A DNA stretch of 64,000 nt, from assembly GCF_006345805.1 (NCBI RefSeq), contig NC_043021.1, forward strand, positions 8,122,001 to 8,186,000, given 5' to 3'. The position numbers and the translations under genes were made by a program. This document shows, piece by piece, positions 34,711-48,270 of the stretch (its first letter is position 1; every line of letters begins with the position of its first letter). A model generated the notes under the pieces. It saw nothing but the letters and a program-made list of their open reading frames with translations. It was not told the origin of the DNA and did not search any database. This DNA comes from Octopus sinensis. Lineage: Eukaryota.

Positions 34711-36665
34711 ACCCACCACAGCCGAACTGATATCCTCAATCCACCTTGTTAAAGCTTGTTCAATGAGGGGCTCTGCCCCATCCCTGCCCAAGCTGTTCCA
34801 TTATCCTTCTCCCCACATACAACACATTTCATCCCCTAACACCCATCACTTCTCTATCCCTTGAGAGCAGAAAAGGCACATACTACATCCCCCAGTTTTC
34901 TCAGTTACTTCTCTTCCCCACTCCAAACCACTTCCGTTTCCCATTTTCTTCCCCTACCTACTATCACCACCTATCACCCCCCCCCTCTTTGCCCCTTCTC
35001 CCTCTTATGCTGTTCTCCATCATCAACACTTCGCTTATCTGCTATTACCCACAATGCCCTCACATATCTACGGCAACCTCCATCCCCGAGCCTCCCCTAG
35101 GTTTCTTTTCATCATTTTCTACAGTCACCTCTATCCTTCCCACTCACCCCGTCCCAAACTCTGTATCAACTTACCTATTCTCATCACCCCCCCCAGAGCC
35201 CCTCAAGAGCATATCCTGATTCATCTTTGCCATCATCTCACACACTATTGTTCTACTTATCTTACTCTCTAACCCATTCTCCTTTCTTTTCCAACTGGGG
35301 TATCCATGTATCTACAGCAAGATACCCATCTCTGTCCCTCTATAACTTCACTCTCCCAAATGGCACAAAGCTATCATCCCCTTAATAATACTTCCTACTC
35401 CCAGTTGAGGGGTGTTGCTTTTTTGTCTCCCTTTTTCGTCTTGCAAGTTACTTGGTGACCCTGTCGGTGATGGCTCTGCATAAGAAGTACCCAATACACT
35501 CTGTAAGAGGCACAATGGCCCAGTGGTTAGGACAGCGGACTTGCAGTTGGAGGATCGCAGTTTCGATTCCCAGACCGGGCGTTGTGTGTGCTTATTGAAC
35601 GAAAACACCTAAAGTTCCATGAAGCTCCAGCAGGGGGTGGCGGCGACCCCTGTTGTACTCTTTTGCCCCAACTTTCTCTCACTCTTTCTTCCTGTTTCAT
35701 GAGTAACGCTGCGATGGACTGGCATCCCGTCCAGCTGGGGGGAACACATACGCCATAGAAACCAGGAAACCGGGCCCATGAGCCTGGCTAGGCTTGAAAA
35801 TGGCGCATAAATAAAAAACACTCTGTAAAGTGGTTGGTGTTAGGAAGGGCATTCATCAGTAGAAGCCATGCCAAAACAGCTTCTGCTAAGCCATCCAACC
35901 ATGCCAGCATGCAAAAATGGATGTTAAATAACGATGATGATTGTATTTCAAATTATGATGCCTGGAGGTGTGAAGGAACAAGAATAATTTTATTTTATCT
36001 CATTGCATATGTTGCATATATTGTATATATATATATATATACTCTATATTGAGTGAGAAAACGGTATGGACGGATTTTTGGAGTCCAATATTACCCTGTA
36101 CGCCTATTTGATTATGAAGATTTACAAACATACTTTCCCAGTGATACTCAGTTTACCTACCATTATAAATAATACCAAATGTTCTTTCTCAGACCTTTCA
36201 AAATGTGTACCGCGACATCCTTTGTGTCCTGTTTTTCATTTTATTTCATTTGTTACATATATATATATATATATATATAAGGCGCGGGCATGGCTGTGTG
36301 GTTAGGGAGCTTGTTTCTTAGCTACATGGTTTCGGGTTCAGTCCCACTGCGTGGCACTTTGGGTAGGTGTCTTCCACTATAGCCCCGAGCCGACCAAAGC
36401 TTTGTGATTGAATTCGGCAGGCGGAAGTTACTGCCGTGTGTGTATATGTGCATGTAGGTGCTTGTGCCTCTCCGAAAGAGAGAGAGGGTATGCAATAATA
36501 AATGTTCGTTTACTGAAATGATCGTATCTTTGATTTGAATTTCTCTTTTCCTCATTTGAATTATTTACTCTTAATGTAAAGAAACATAACTAAATATTAT
36601 GAAACATTTTACCAATACTAAAGAAAATGCAAAAAAAACAAAAGGCATATTTATATGGGACTGAC

Positions 36666-36808
36666 CTGAAAATTTCCCACAAGGCTCATTCCTAGTGCTG
36701 CTATTATACCAAGACCAAAAGAAACTTTATTGACAACGTGTATCCGTGAATTGTCAACATTGACCAAACTTTGTATCAACTTAAAGCGAATGTACAACGT
36801 AAATAAAG
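36666..36808 (-). CDS. DRAM2: DRAM-like coding exon 3 (ALFTLYIRFK...GMSLVGNFQ)
   Basis: ttgcAG acceptor, CAG|GTCAGT donor; YIRF and GxSxVGNFQ motifs. Confidence 0.96.
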
Positions 36809-37471
36809 CTGCAAAAGAGATAAAAATGAACAGGTTTTCAATAACAATCTTTAGAGTTTAAAACAAAACATTCAACTTCATATTTAGTGACAGACATATA
36901 TTAAAACGAAACGAGACGAATATATAAAATGAATATAGGGTGCAGGAGTGGCTGTGTGGTAAGTAGCTTGTTTACCAACCACGTGGTTCCGGGTTCAGTC
37001 CCACTGCGTGGCACCTTGGGCCAAGTGTCTTCTACAATAGCCTCGGGCCGTCCAAAGCCTTGTGAGTGGATCTGGTAGACGGAAACTGAAAGAAGCCCGT
37101 TGTATATATGTATATATATATGTGTGTGCGTGCATGTTTGTGTGTCTGTGTTTGTCCCCCTAGCATTGCTTGACAACTGATGCTGGTGTGTTTACGTCCC
37201 CGTCACTTAGCAGTTCGGCAAAAGAGGCCGATAGAATAAGTACTGGGCTTGCAAAGAATAAGTCCCGGGGTCGAGTTGCTCGACTAAAAAGGCGGTGCTC
37301 CGGCATGGCCGCAGTCAAATGACTGAAACAAGTAAAAGAGAGTAAAAGAGTAAGTGAGACAATTGGGCATGGCAATTTGGATGCTGGCAATTTGGCACAG
37401 CTGCTTGGATGCCGAACCTTCTTTTGGGACAATATATTTTGGCACTGGAGCAAACAAACATGCAACAAATT

Positions 37472-37533
<62 letters not shown>

Positions 37534-38483
37534 TGTGAGAATATTACAATTTATTAATTGAAAACAATTGAAAACTAAAGGATTTTTTCCAATAATCCCA
37601 GAGTACAAATGCAAAATGTTTTGTGTTGAGAACATCAGTAGTTAAGGCTGCACTACTTAGAAAATAATGGCAGTTTCAGTATTTAATACAAGCTAGAAAG
37701 AATAGCTAAAGATTAGTAAAGACAAGTAAACAGTGCAAAACAAAATTATATCATATTATATCATATAATCCTAAATAGGGTGCAACACCAAATTTCTGAC
37801 AGGAATGGTTCCAGTACCTTACTGAATGAACTGCTTTCCTGCACAAGAAGTGGTCAATCCATATGCCTGTGGCACCTTGGGCAAGTGTCTTCTACTATAG
37901 CCTCAGGTTGACCAAAGCCTTGTGAGTGCATTTGGTAGCCGAAAAAAAAAAATATATATATATAGTTAAAGTGCATGGCTCAGTGGTTAGAATGTCGAGC
38001 TTACGATCGTGAGGTTGTAAGCTTGAATGCCGGACCAGGCTGCGTGTTGTGTTCTTGAGCAAGACACTTTATTTCACATTGCTCCCGTTCACTCAGCTGT
38101 AGAAATGAGTTGTGACATCACAGGTGCCAAGCTGTATCGGCCTTTGTCTTTCCCTTGGATAACACTGGTGGCGTGGAGAGGGGAGGCTGGTATGCATGGG
38201 CAACTGCTGGTCTTCCATAAACAACCTTGCCCAGACTTGTGCTTGGGAGGGTAACTTTCTAGGTGCAATCCCATGGTTTGTGTTGTGACTGAAGAGGGTC
38301 TCAGATATATATATATATATATAGAGAGAGAGGGAGTTTACGAAAAAAAAAAACAAAAGACGAAGACAGGTGGTGTACAAAACAAACAGATGTATTAGTA
38401 TAATGCTCAGGAATAGAAAAAGTCTTTTACGTTTCGAGCCTATGCTCTTCTACAGAAAGGGACACAGAAAAAACAAGGAAGAA

Positions 38484-38534
<51 letters not shown>

Positions 38535-38707
38535 GAAAGAAGAGGTGTATTCCTACTCCCACGCAGGAATAAATATAGTATTAGTTTTGGGAGTTTGAAA
38601 ATGCACCTGAATTTGAAAAACATGTAGCTGTTTTTATATAGATTTAGTCATATACATATCCAACTAGTTTCAGCAATTTTTTGTTTATCAATGGTACAAC
38701 TGTATAT

Positions 38708-41058
38708 TGTTGTGAAAGGATTCCAAACACACCCAAGTGACAAAAGGTAGTCTGACTCATTGTTATAAAACAAAGAACTGTCAAGGATTGGCAGTTTGTG
38801 TTGATAGCAGTTCACTGTGAACTTTCATAGAGAGTATTAAGTCTCATATAATAGTAAAAGTAGTGCATAATGTATATACTTTCTTTCCCACTGCTTTGTT
38901 ATATCATCTATCCAATACGAGGATACAAAAATGGCAATGTGTTGTTTGAAACTTGCATTGGATGTTTGAAATTTATATTGGTACAAAACCAAAAGAAAAA
39001 TTCATTTAACATGGAGAGCTTATTGGCCTCCATGGTACAGTTGCAACAACAACTATAGCAGCAGCAGCTACAACAGCAACAACAACAGAATCAACAGTTG
39101 CTGGAATTAATATTGAAGAAGTTTGAAAATACTTCGGGTTCATACTCGCCAGACAGTGTAGCAAACTCAATTGAAGAATTCAGCTATACTCCAAATGAAA
39201 GGATTACTTCTTCATCATATTTTTGTAGATACAAAGAAATCTTCAAAGAAGTGTGTAAAAGTTGGTCTGATGAGAAACAAGTATGACTACTTTTAAGAAA
39301 GTTATCCCCTGCCAAACACAAAAAATATAGAAGCCAGGTGAGATTTGTTTCAATGTAACAATATTTTATCGAAAATTTTCAGTGAAAGAAGTTCCCTGTT
39401 CCATATACAATAATGTTTAAATTTGGTAAAAAAAGATGAAGATTTTGTCACCTATACCAGAGTGGTTAACAGAGAGTGTGAGAAATTAAAACAGAATAAG
39501 CTGATCTTGGACATGTTCAAGTCTTTAATTTTTGTTCAAGGGCTTACTGTAAGTAAAGATGCTGATAAACGTTCCTGGATATTAACAAAATTAGAAGAGG
39601 ACCAAAATTTAACTCTGCAGGCAGTAGCAGAAAAATATCAGAGGATTATTAATCGATGACATAAGGCAAATAGAATTGAGGAAAAAGATTGCTCTCAGAT
39701 TCAGGCATGTTGACCGGTAATGAATAAGAAACAAGAGAAAAAAATGTCAAGACTGAACCTATGTTATGTCGGTTTAAAAAATAAAATGTCACAAGTATGG
39801 TAAAACAAGCCATAAAAAGTTGCAATGTAGGACAGAAGCTAGAAAACAGTTCAACAGAAAAAAATCATGTAAACAGATTGCTGGGGACATAAAATATGAA
39901 TAAGCCTCGAAGTAAATTTGTGTATGTAAAAATTAATAACACAAAAATAAAGTTACAATTGGATACAGGCAGCAGCATCTCAATAATTAATAAAGATACA
40001 TGGAAAAAGATCGGGAGACCTAAATGAAATGAAACCTCGAAAATTTCCCATGGTGTTTCAGGAAAAAAATTATATTTTAAGGACCAATTGATAAGTAACT
40101 TTACATTTCATAAAAAACCCTTAAAAGCTAAAGTTTTTGTTAAATAATACAACAAACTTGTTCAGATGAACAACAAACTTAACTGGATGAAATTGCTTAA
40201 CTTATGGGACCTCCCCGCAAATCTTTTCTGTAAAAAAGTAAAAGATTTTTTCTCCAGTACAAATAAATCATCAGATGAACTGAAAAAAAATTTTTAATAT
40301 GTTTCCTGAAGTTCTGTCCAATAATGCAGGTGGCACGTAAAAAGCACCCACTACACTCACGGAGTGGTTGGCGTTAGGAAGGGCATCCAGCCGTAGAAAC
40401 ACTGCCAATTCTGACTGGGCCTGATGAAGCCTTCTGGCATCACAGACCCCAGTTAAACCGTCCAACCCATGCTAGCATGGAAAACGGACGCTAAATGATG
40501 ATGATGATGATGATGAATGTAGGTCTGTGTATGAAAATGAAAGTGCAGTTTCAAATACAAGAAAATACCATACCGACATTTAAAGAAAAGAACAAACTGT
40601 ACCATTCGTAGCATTAGAACAGATAAACCTAGAGAGGCTAGAAAAAGTGGGAGTTATCCAAAAAGTGGAATATTCTAAATGGGTAGCACCAGCTGTATTT
40701 GTTAAGAAAAAGAATAATAAAATCAGAGAGTGTGCTGATATTTTTTCCACTGGAATGGAACCCTAGGCGTAAGGGATATTAAAACTCAGCACAGAGTTCA
40801 ATTCTCAAAAGAAGAGAAGATAGGGGAGACTGATTCTAAAAAATGGAAGGATTCCAACCACCCCCCAAGTGACTAAAGGTGGACTGACTTATTGTTATAA
40901 AACAAAGAACTGTGAATAATTGGCAGTTCATGCTGGTAGCAGTCTACTGTGAGCCTTTCATATAGAGAGTTGAGTCTGTGTAATAGTAATAGTAGTGTGT
41001 AATGTATATACTTTCTTCCCCCCTTGCTTTGTTATATATCCAATACAAAGATATAAAA
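38708..41058 (+). mobile_element. Internally deleted Gypsy LTR retrotransposon (two diverged LTRs, gag, protease, start of RT)
   Basis: LTR-like direct repeats ~38708-38928 and ~40845-41058; purine tract ~40807-40830; protease KLQLDTGS at ~39950; RT start WVAPAVFVKKKNNKIRECAD; family-C element inserted at 40327-40517. Confidence 0.85.
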
Positions 41059-42925
41059 TATATAAAACAAAGGGATATTAACAGAGTTTAAAATTACAAA
41101 ACAGAAATTGAACAAACATGTTTAAACAATCAAATGTTCGCATAAAATTCAATGAGTTTCACAGGGAGAGATAATATCAAAGAAAATGTCTGGTGAAGAA
41201 TGTAACAAATGCACATTACTAAAAGTATTGAGTTTTTATAGAATGTATTCTTTTATTCTTTTACTTGTTTCAGTCATGTGACTGTGGCCATGCTGGAGCA
41301 CCACCTTTTAGTCGAGCAAGTCGACCCCAGGACTTATTCTTTGTAAGCCTAGTACTTATTCTATCGGTCTCTTTTGCTGAACCGCTAAGTTAGGGAGATG
41401 TAAACACAGCAGCATCGGTTGTCAAGTGATGTTGGAGGGACAAACACAGACACACAAACATATACATACACACACACACACACACACATATATATATGGT
41501 GTTTCAGGAGGTGTATGGTGTTTTTGTATAGTGATTTGGAGTTGGGGTTTTGAAACCCAGGGGGAACCTATTATTAAAGCTTTCAAATTATGTCTGTCGT
41601 ATGCGGTTATTTTTTTGTGGAAAAATTGAGTTTTTTCTCTTTCTAGTGAATTATTAAAATATATTTAGTTGTGGTTTATATTTTTTTATGAGCATGCTTT
41701 CCTTATTCAGTCGGAATTGGGATGAAGTGTTTCTGGTGCATTGATCTAGGTGTTTGCTTATGAAAATTTTCCTGGTTGTGGGGTTCCAGATTTGTTGTCT
41801 GTGTACTGTCAGTGCTCCTCAAGGTCAAACCAGCCAACTAGGTCAAATTATGTCAAACTAGGTCAAACTATGTAGTCTCCATCACACCCACATTTGAGAA
41901 CATAGATTAAGTTCTTCGATGCACAGGTGAAGTGATTTTTATGGTGAAAGTTGATATACATACATATATACACATACATATATATATCATCATCATCATC
42001 ATCGTTTAATGTCCGCTTTCCATGCTAGCATGGCTTGGACCATTTGACTGAGGACTGGCGAACCAGATAGCTGCACTAGGCTCCAATCTTGATCTGGCAG
42101 AGTTTCTACAGCTGGATGACCTTCCCAACGCCAACCACTCCGAGAGTGTAGTGGGTGCTTTTACGTGCCACTCTGTCAGTACTGGCAACAGCCACGCTCA
42201 AATGGTGTTTTTTAGGTGTCACCTGCACGTTCGAATGGTGCTTTTTATGTGCCACTGGCACGGAAACCAGTTATCTGCTCTGGCAACAATCACACTCGGA
42301 TGGTACTCTTAGCGCTCCACTAGCACGGATGCCAGTCATTGAATTTGATTTCGATTTTGATATATATATACACATACACGCACACACATATATATTAATA
42401 GTAATAGTATGACAACAAAAGAATGAAAGTTACCTCAATATTATGTAAATAGAGGAATTTATCTGTAATATAATATGTGACAATTATTCGGTTACCATAA
42501 TATAAACTCCACATTTCAGATGTTGGGCAGAAATCTGCTCCGGCATCTCGTCAGTTATTAAGACAAATGAAAATGCAACCGAATAATTGTCACATTTTAT
42601 ATAACAGATATATATATATATATCACGTGATCACGTGACCGACCAGACCATCAAATGTTACACATCGCTGGTCACAATGCGTCCGCATTGTTTTAGCCTT
42701 CGAATGACGCCACCCTGGTGGCTAAGCGAGCAGGCCAACAGAATAAAGAGTGGGAGAAAGTGTGGTGAAAGAGTACAGCAGGGATCACCCCCCCCCTGCC
42801 GGAGCCTCGTGGAGCTTTTTAGGTGTTTTCACTCAATAAACACTCACAACGCTCGGTCTGGGAATCGAAACCGCGATCCTACGAGCGCGAAACCGCTGCC
42901 CTAACCACTAGGCCATTGCGCCTCC

Positions 42926-42956
<31 letters not shown>

Positions 42957-44183
42957 CCTAAAAGCTCCACGAGGCTTCGGAAGCGGGTGGTGATCCCTGC
43001 TGTATTCTTTCACCACTCTTTCTTCTGTTGGCCTGCTCGCTTAGCCAGTGGGGTGGTGTCATTCGAAGGCTAAAACAATGCGAACGCATTGTGACCAGCG
43101 ATTTGTAACAACATCTGATGGTCTGGTCAGTCACGTGATCACGTGATATATACATACACACACACACACACGGTGGCACGTAAAAGCACCATCTGTTCGT
43201 GTCCGTTGCCAGCATCGCCTGGCCCCGAGCCGGTGACACGTAAAAGCACCATCCGTTCATGGCCGTTCACCAGCTCTGTCTGGCACCTGTGCAGGTGGCA
43301 CGTAAAAAACACCCACTACACTCGCGGAGTGGTTGGCGTTAGGAAGGGCATCCAGCCGTAGAAACACTGCCAGATCTGACTGGGCCTGATGAAGCCTTCC
43401 AGCTTCACAGACCCCAGTTGACCCGTCCAACCCATGCTAGCATGGAAAACGGACGCTAAACGATGATGATGATGATGATGATATATATATATATTTGTTA
43501 TATTGGGAGAGTCATTATACCAATGTAAAACATGCCCCAGTGCATGTTTTTACTATCAGTATAAAGACCATCCTGAAATACAATAAGCTTCAAGACAAGT
43601 AGATATCAAGTTCATATTTTTTCACTCATTTATTCTTATTCATTTGTTTATCTTCATTTATCTATTTAATTACATGTCTATTTGCTTATTCTATTGGTTT
43701 ATTTTGATTACTTATACATATAATTTTAATCAGTTAATAGATATAAATGAATGTCTGTCGATTGATTATCCTCTCAATTTTCTCATTTGCCTTATAAATT
43801 CTGGGTATATTTCTGTTTTACCCTCACTCATACCTAGTATTTGATTACAAGACAGATATTAGTGACACTGTTTCATATTCTATTAATTGATCCTTAACCA
43901 ACAAAACAATCTTACTAGTAAGACGTTGGTTTTATTGGCATGACACAAAACTATTAAAGCGAACATCATGGAGAGAGTACTTTTGTATTTATGTATATTT
44001 AATGATATTGATAGCGGCAGGCATGGTTGTGTGGTAAGAAGTTCGCTTTGCAACCATGTGGTCTAGGGTTCAGTCCCAGAGCATGGCACTTTGGGCAAGT
44101 GTTTTTTATTATAACCCAGGAGTAATCTCAGCCTTGTGAGTGGATCTGGTCAATGGAAACTTATCTATCTCTGTTCTCACCCT

Positions 44184-44275
<92 letters not shown>

Positions 44276-44617
44276 GGTGGCACGTACTGTGCAGGCGGCA
44301 CATAAAAAACACCATTTCGAGCGTGGCTGTTGCCAGTACCGCCTGAGTGGCACACGTAAAAGCACCCACTACACTCTCGGAGTGGTTGGCATTAGGTAGG
44401 GCATCCAGCTGTAGAAACTCTGCCAGATCAGATTGGAGCCTGGTTCGCCAGTCCTCAGTCAAATCGTCCAACCCATGGAAAGCGGATGTTAAACGACGAT
44501 GACGACGATGATGATGATGATATGCTGGACAAACCTGAGCTTTGTGAGTGGATTTGGTCAATGGAAGTTAAAAGAAGCTTATTTCGTCTAACTATCTCTG
44601 TCCCCACCTCTCTTATA

Positions 44618-45863
44618 TGGGTCATCCCATGAATAATGCATTTTTTTAAATACCTTTTTTATTTTTCAAAATTAAAATAAACAAAGTTTCTTTTTAATCT
44701 AAAATATACTCTCCTTCATTTTCTACAATGCCCTTCCATTTATCTAGTAGACTTACAAGGACCCTCTTCCAAAATTCACTTGCCCATGATGAAAAATACT
44801 CCCCCAGTACTGTTCTGACCTCATCTGCAGAATTCATATTTTTCCTATCCAAATGATAACCAGATAGGGCAATGTCCAGTGGTGGTGGGACATCGTTTCC
44901 CATTCAAACTGCTCCAGCCTTTGGAATGTCAACCTCGCTGTATGTGGCCCAGCATTATCCTGATGGAAGAACACATTTCGTCTTGAAACCAAAGATCATT
45001 TTCCTTCTAGCACTGACTGAAGCCACTCAAGCTGCTCACAATAAATCTCATTTGTTATCATTTGGTTTGGGTGTAAAAGTTCAAAGTGGACTAAACCTTT
45101 CATATCTCACCAAAAAGATAACAACACCTTACATGGGTGAAGACCTGCTTTAGCCTGGGGTGTCAGTGTTTCTCTTTTCTCAACCCACTGTCTTCAGTGT
45201 TTGACATTTTTATAGAGAACCCATCTCTCATTGCCAGTCACTATTCAGTCCAAAAAAAAAGGTTCATTTGTGAGATGTGACAGTAAAGAAGAGTATACAT
45301 TCACTCTAAGTGTGAAATTAGACTTGAAAAGTTTGTGAGGAACCCATTGACCCAATTTGCTGACTTTTCCGATTGCACGAAGGTGTCGATGAATGGTTGA
45401 ATGACCAAATCCAAGCTTTTCTGCTAGTTTCTCAACAGTCACGATGGGATTTTGTTCCACCAGGGTTTGCAGGACATCCTCGTCGAGCACTACAGATCTT
45501 CCCGGACGAGGCTCATCTTCGAGGCTGTAGTTTCCAGCTCGGAATTTCTGGAACCACTGTTGACACTGGCTTATGCCTATTGTCCAATCTCCATATACTG
45601 CATTAATATTTCTCACACTTTCTATTGTCTTGTTGCCTCTATTGAACTCAAAAAGCAAAATATGCGGAATCTGCTCCGTTGTCACTTTCATAAAATAACT
45701 ATTAAAATCGAACTGCACTCTTCAAAACTTGCACTAAGAATAAGTACAAGGTAAAATTATTACCTGCTTTTATCGCAAGTTTATGCAGGTAGTTTATCCT
45801 GTCCCTCTCCGACTTTTAGTTCATGCAACTGAAAAAAACCGCATTATTTATAGGATGACCCAA
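44618..45863 (-). mobile_element. Near-full-length (~1.25 kb) inactive mariner transposon
   Basis: TIRs TGGGTCATCCCATGAATAATGC / GCATTATTTATAGGATGACCCA with TA flanks; WVPHKL motif and degenerate YSPDLAPSDYHL (PPLDIALSGYHL); frameshifts and stops. Confidence 0.93.
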
Positions 45864-45957
45864 TATATATATATATATGTTCAAAATGTGACCTCGTATG
45901 TACCGTTGGCGATTTTTTTCCTCCATCTTCCCTTCTCTGGATCTTTCCTTTTCCTAT

Positions 45958-45992
45958 GTTTCTGACGAAGAGCTCCGCTCGAAACGTAAAAC
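45958..45992 (+). ncRNA. Minimal type-I hammerhead ribozyme motif (Penelope-type) with canonical core
   Basis: GUUU-CUGACGA-A-GAGCuccGCUC-GAAA-CG-UA-AAAC: stems I and II pair; palindromic ACGU in place of stem III. Confidence 0.72.
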
Positions 45993-46091
45993 CCTCCTTC
46001 TTCCCTTCCTTCCTGAGCGTCCAATAATACTATATTTGTTCCACGTCCTCGCGTTGTTGTGTTTTCTCTTTGTGTTTTCATGTTTGGATTA

Positions 46092-46131
<40 letters not shown>

Positions 46132-46837
46132 GTACTAGAGCAACCTGAGCCATGTGAGTGGATTTGGTCGATGGAAACTGAAAGAAGCCTATTTTATCTG
46201 TCTATCTCTGTCCCCACCTCTCTCTCACTTATATATATATATACACTGGAAGTGATCTTCATCCAAGAACAGCTGAGTCAGGCGGATCCCACTGAAGAGG
46301 CTACAGGAAAGCCAAAACTGACCAACCAGTCTGGGAATATCTCAACTGCTGCTTTTCAGGTGATTATGGACCCTGTCAGCACGCATGTATACAATTATGT
46401 GTGTTGACTGCAGCATTAGAACGTTTAGCTCTTATTTCTAGCAATGTTGGTACTCCTAACATCTTTAGTCATATTTAATGGCAGTTATAGTTTTCCTTTT
46501 TGGTACACATTGCTTTCAGCTGCCTATATTAATTATGTGTGTGTGTGTGTGTGTGTGTGCGTGTGTGTGTTACTGTTTCCTTGCCTTAACATCACATGCT
46601 ACTAGTAAATGAATGTTGCCATCCTGGAAGCGGTGTCCTTTGTTTCCAATCTTTTGAGAAAACCTGTCTGCGCATCAGGAAACTTTACCTTACTTGGAAA
46701 CAGGTGGGGGTTGACAAGACTGGAAATGTATATGGCCATAAAAAAAAATCTTCTTCAACAAATTCCATCCAATCCATGGGAACACAGAAAAGTGGATGTT
46801 GTTGTTATAATGATGATGATGATGATGATGATTGCCT

Positions 46838-47288
46838 TACTTCCCTGGGCATGGACACATTGAAACTCCGACGTCTGGCAGCTGACTTGGCAGACACCCA
46901 TAAAATTATCAACCATCTTACAAACAATAACTCTGAGCACCTTTTCAAACTCCACCCATCTAACACCCGTGGACATATTTACAAAGTCAGAAAACAGCAC
47001 AGCTCCCATGACTTCAGGAAACATTTTTTTCACGCTGAGAGTTGCTGAAGCATGGAGCAAACTGCCGGCATCAGTTGTTAGTTGCCGGAGCACTGCATCC
47101 TTCAAAACTTCCATGCTTCCTGAGATTCGCCAACACTACACCTGATTTTTCTCCCCTCCATACACACACAAGCATGTATCTGACTCATACATTGTTCGCT
47201 TTCCAGACATTTGTACATTACTGCATGTACTTTATACGCACTGTCTGACAAGTTGTGGTGCACCTGAGCACTATATACAATAATTTCA

Positions 47289-47320
<32 letters not shown>
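46838..47320 (+). mobile_element. CR1-type LINE 3' end with (ATT)n tail
   Basis: LTSLGMDTLKLRRLAADL...TRGH...RKHFF. Confidence 0.9.
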
Positions 47321-47322
<2 letters not shown>

Positions 47323-47408
47323 GTTGATGATGTTGATGATGATGATGATGAGTTTGAAATAGGGTAAAACACGTAAGTTTCAAAATGACTGTTTTGTTTT
47401 CTTCTTAC

Positions 47409-47476
47409 CTATTATTGTTGAAAAAGTTAATAATTGACCAAATATACAGCTTTCAGGACTTTTAGCACCAGTGTCA
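47409..47476 (-). CDS. DRAM2: DRAM-like coding exon 2 (SDTGAKSPESCIFGQLLTFSTII)
   Basis: 68-nt exon, tttcAG / G|GTAAGA; SDTGxxxPESCIFG motif. Confidence 0.96.
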
Positions 47477-47793
47477 CTGAAAAATATAACATTTTGAACA
47501 TTAATATTTTGTAAAAATTAGCTTTAACACAAATCAAATACATGTTTTAGTTTTAATCAGCTGAAGTATGAATGATTAAGCATTTCAATTAAACATAATC
47601 ATTAAACATGTACTTGTGCTTATCATTTAACAGGTGCAGTCATATGAAGTTAAGAAGCTTATATCACAATCAGGTACTTAGCCACAGTTCAAAACAGTGG
47701 CCCCTTTGGGGCTACTGACTCTTTCTATAGCCTTATGTTAATCAACTGCCTTGTGAATATAATTTGATAGAGAGAAACTGTATGAAAGCCTGA

Positions 47794-48270
47794 TGTGTAT
47801 TTGTGTGAGGTGTGTATAGACGTGTGCATATATATGTATATATATGAGTATGTGTGTGTGTATGTATGTGTGTGTATGTATGTCTGTGTGTGTGTATTTG
47901 TGTGAGGTGTGTATAGACATATGCATATATAAGTCATATATAAGTGTGTGTATGTGTATGTGTGTGCATGTGTGTGTGTATGTCTGTGTGTGTGTGTATT
48001 TGTGTGAGGTGTATATAGACATGTGCATATATAAGTGTGTATGTGTATGTGTGTGTATGTCTCTGTGTGTGTGTATTTGTGTGAGGTGTGTATAGACATG
48101 TGCATATATATGTATATATAAGAGTATATGTGTGTGTGTGTGTATATGTGTGTGTATGCCTGTGTGTGTATGTCTGTGTATGTATGTGTGTGTATGTGTA
48201 TGTCTGTGTGTGTGTATTTGTGTGAGGTGGGTATAGACATGTGCATATATATGTATATATAAGTGTGTGT
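47794..48270. repeat. TG-rich minisatellite, five copies of GTATTTGTGTGAGGTGTGTATAGAC with variable (TG/TA)n spacers
   Basis: Motif at ~47797, 47894, 47996, 48073, 48214. Confidence 0.9.
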
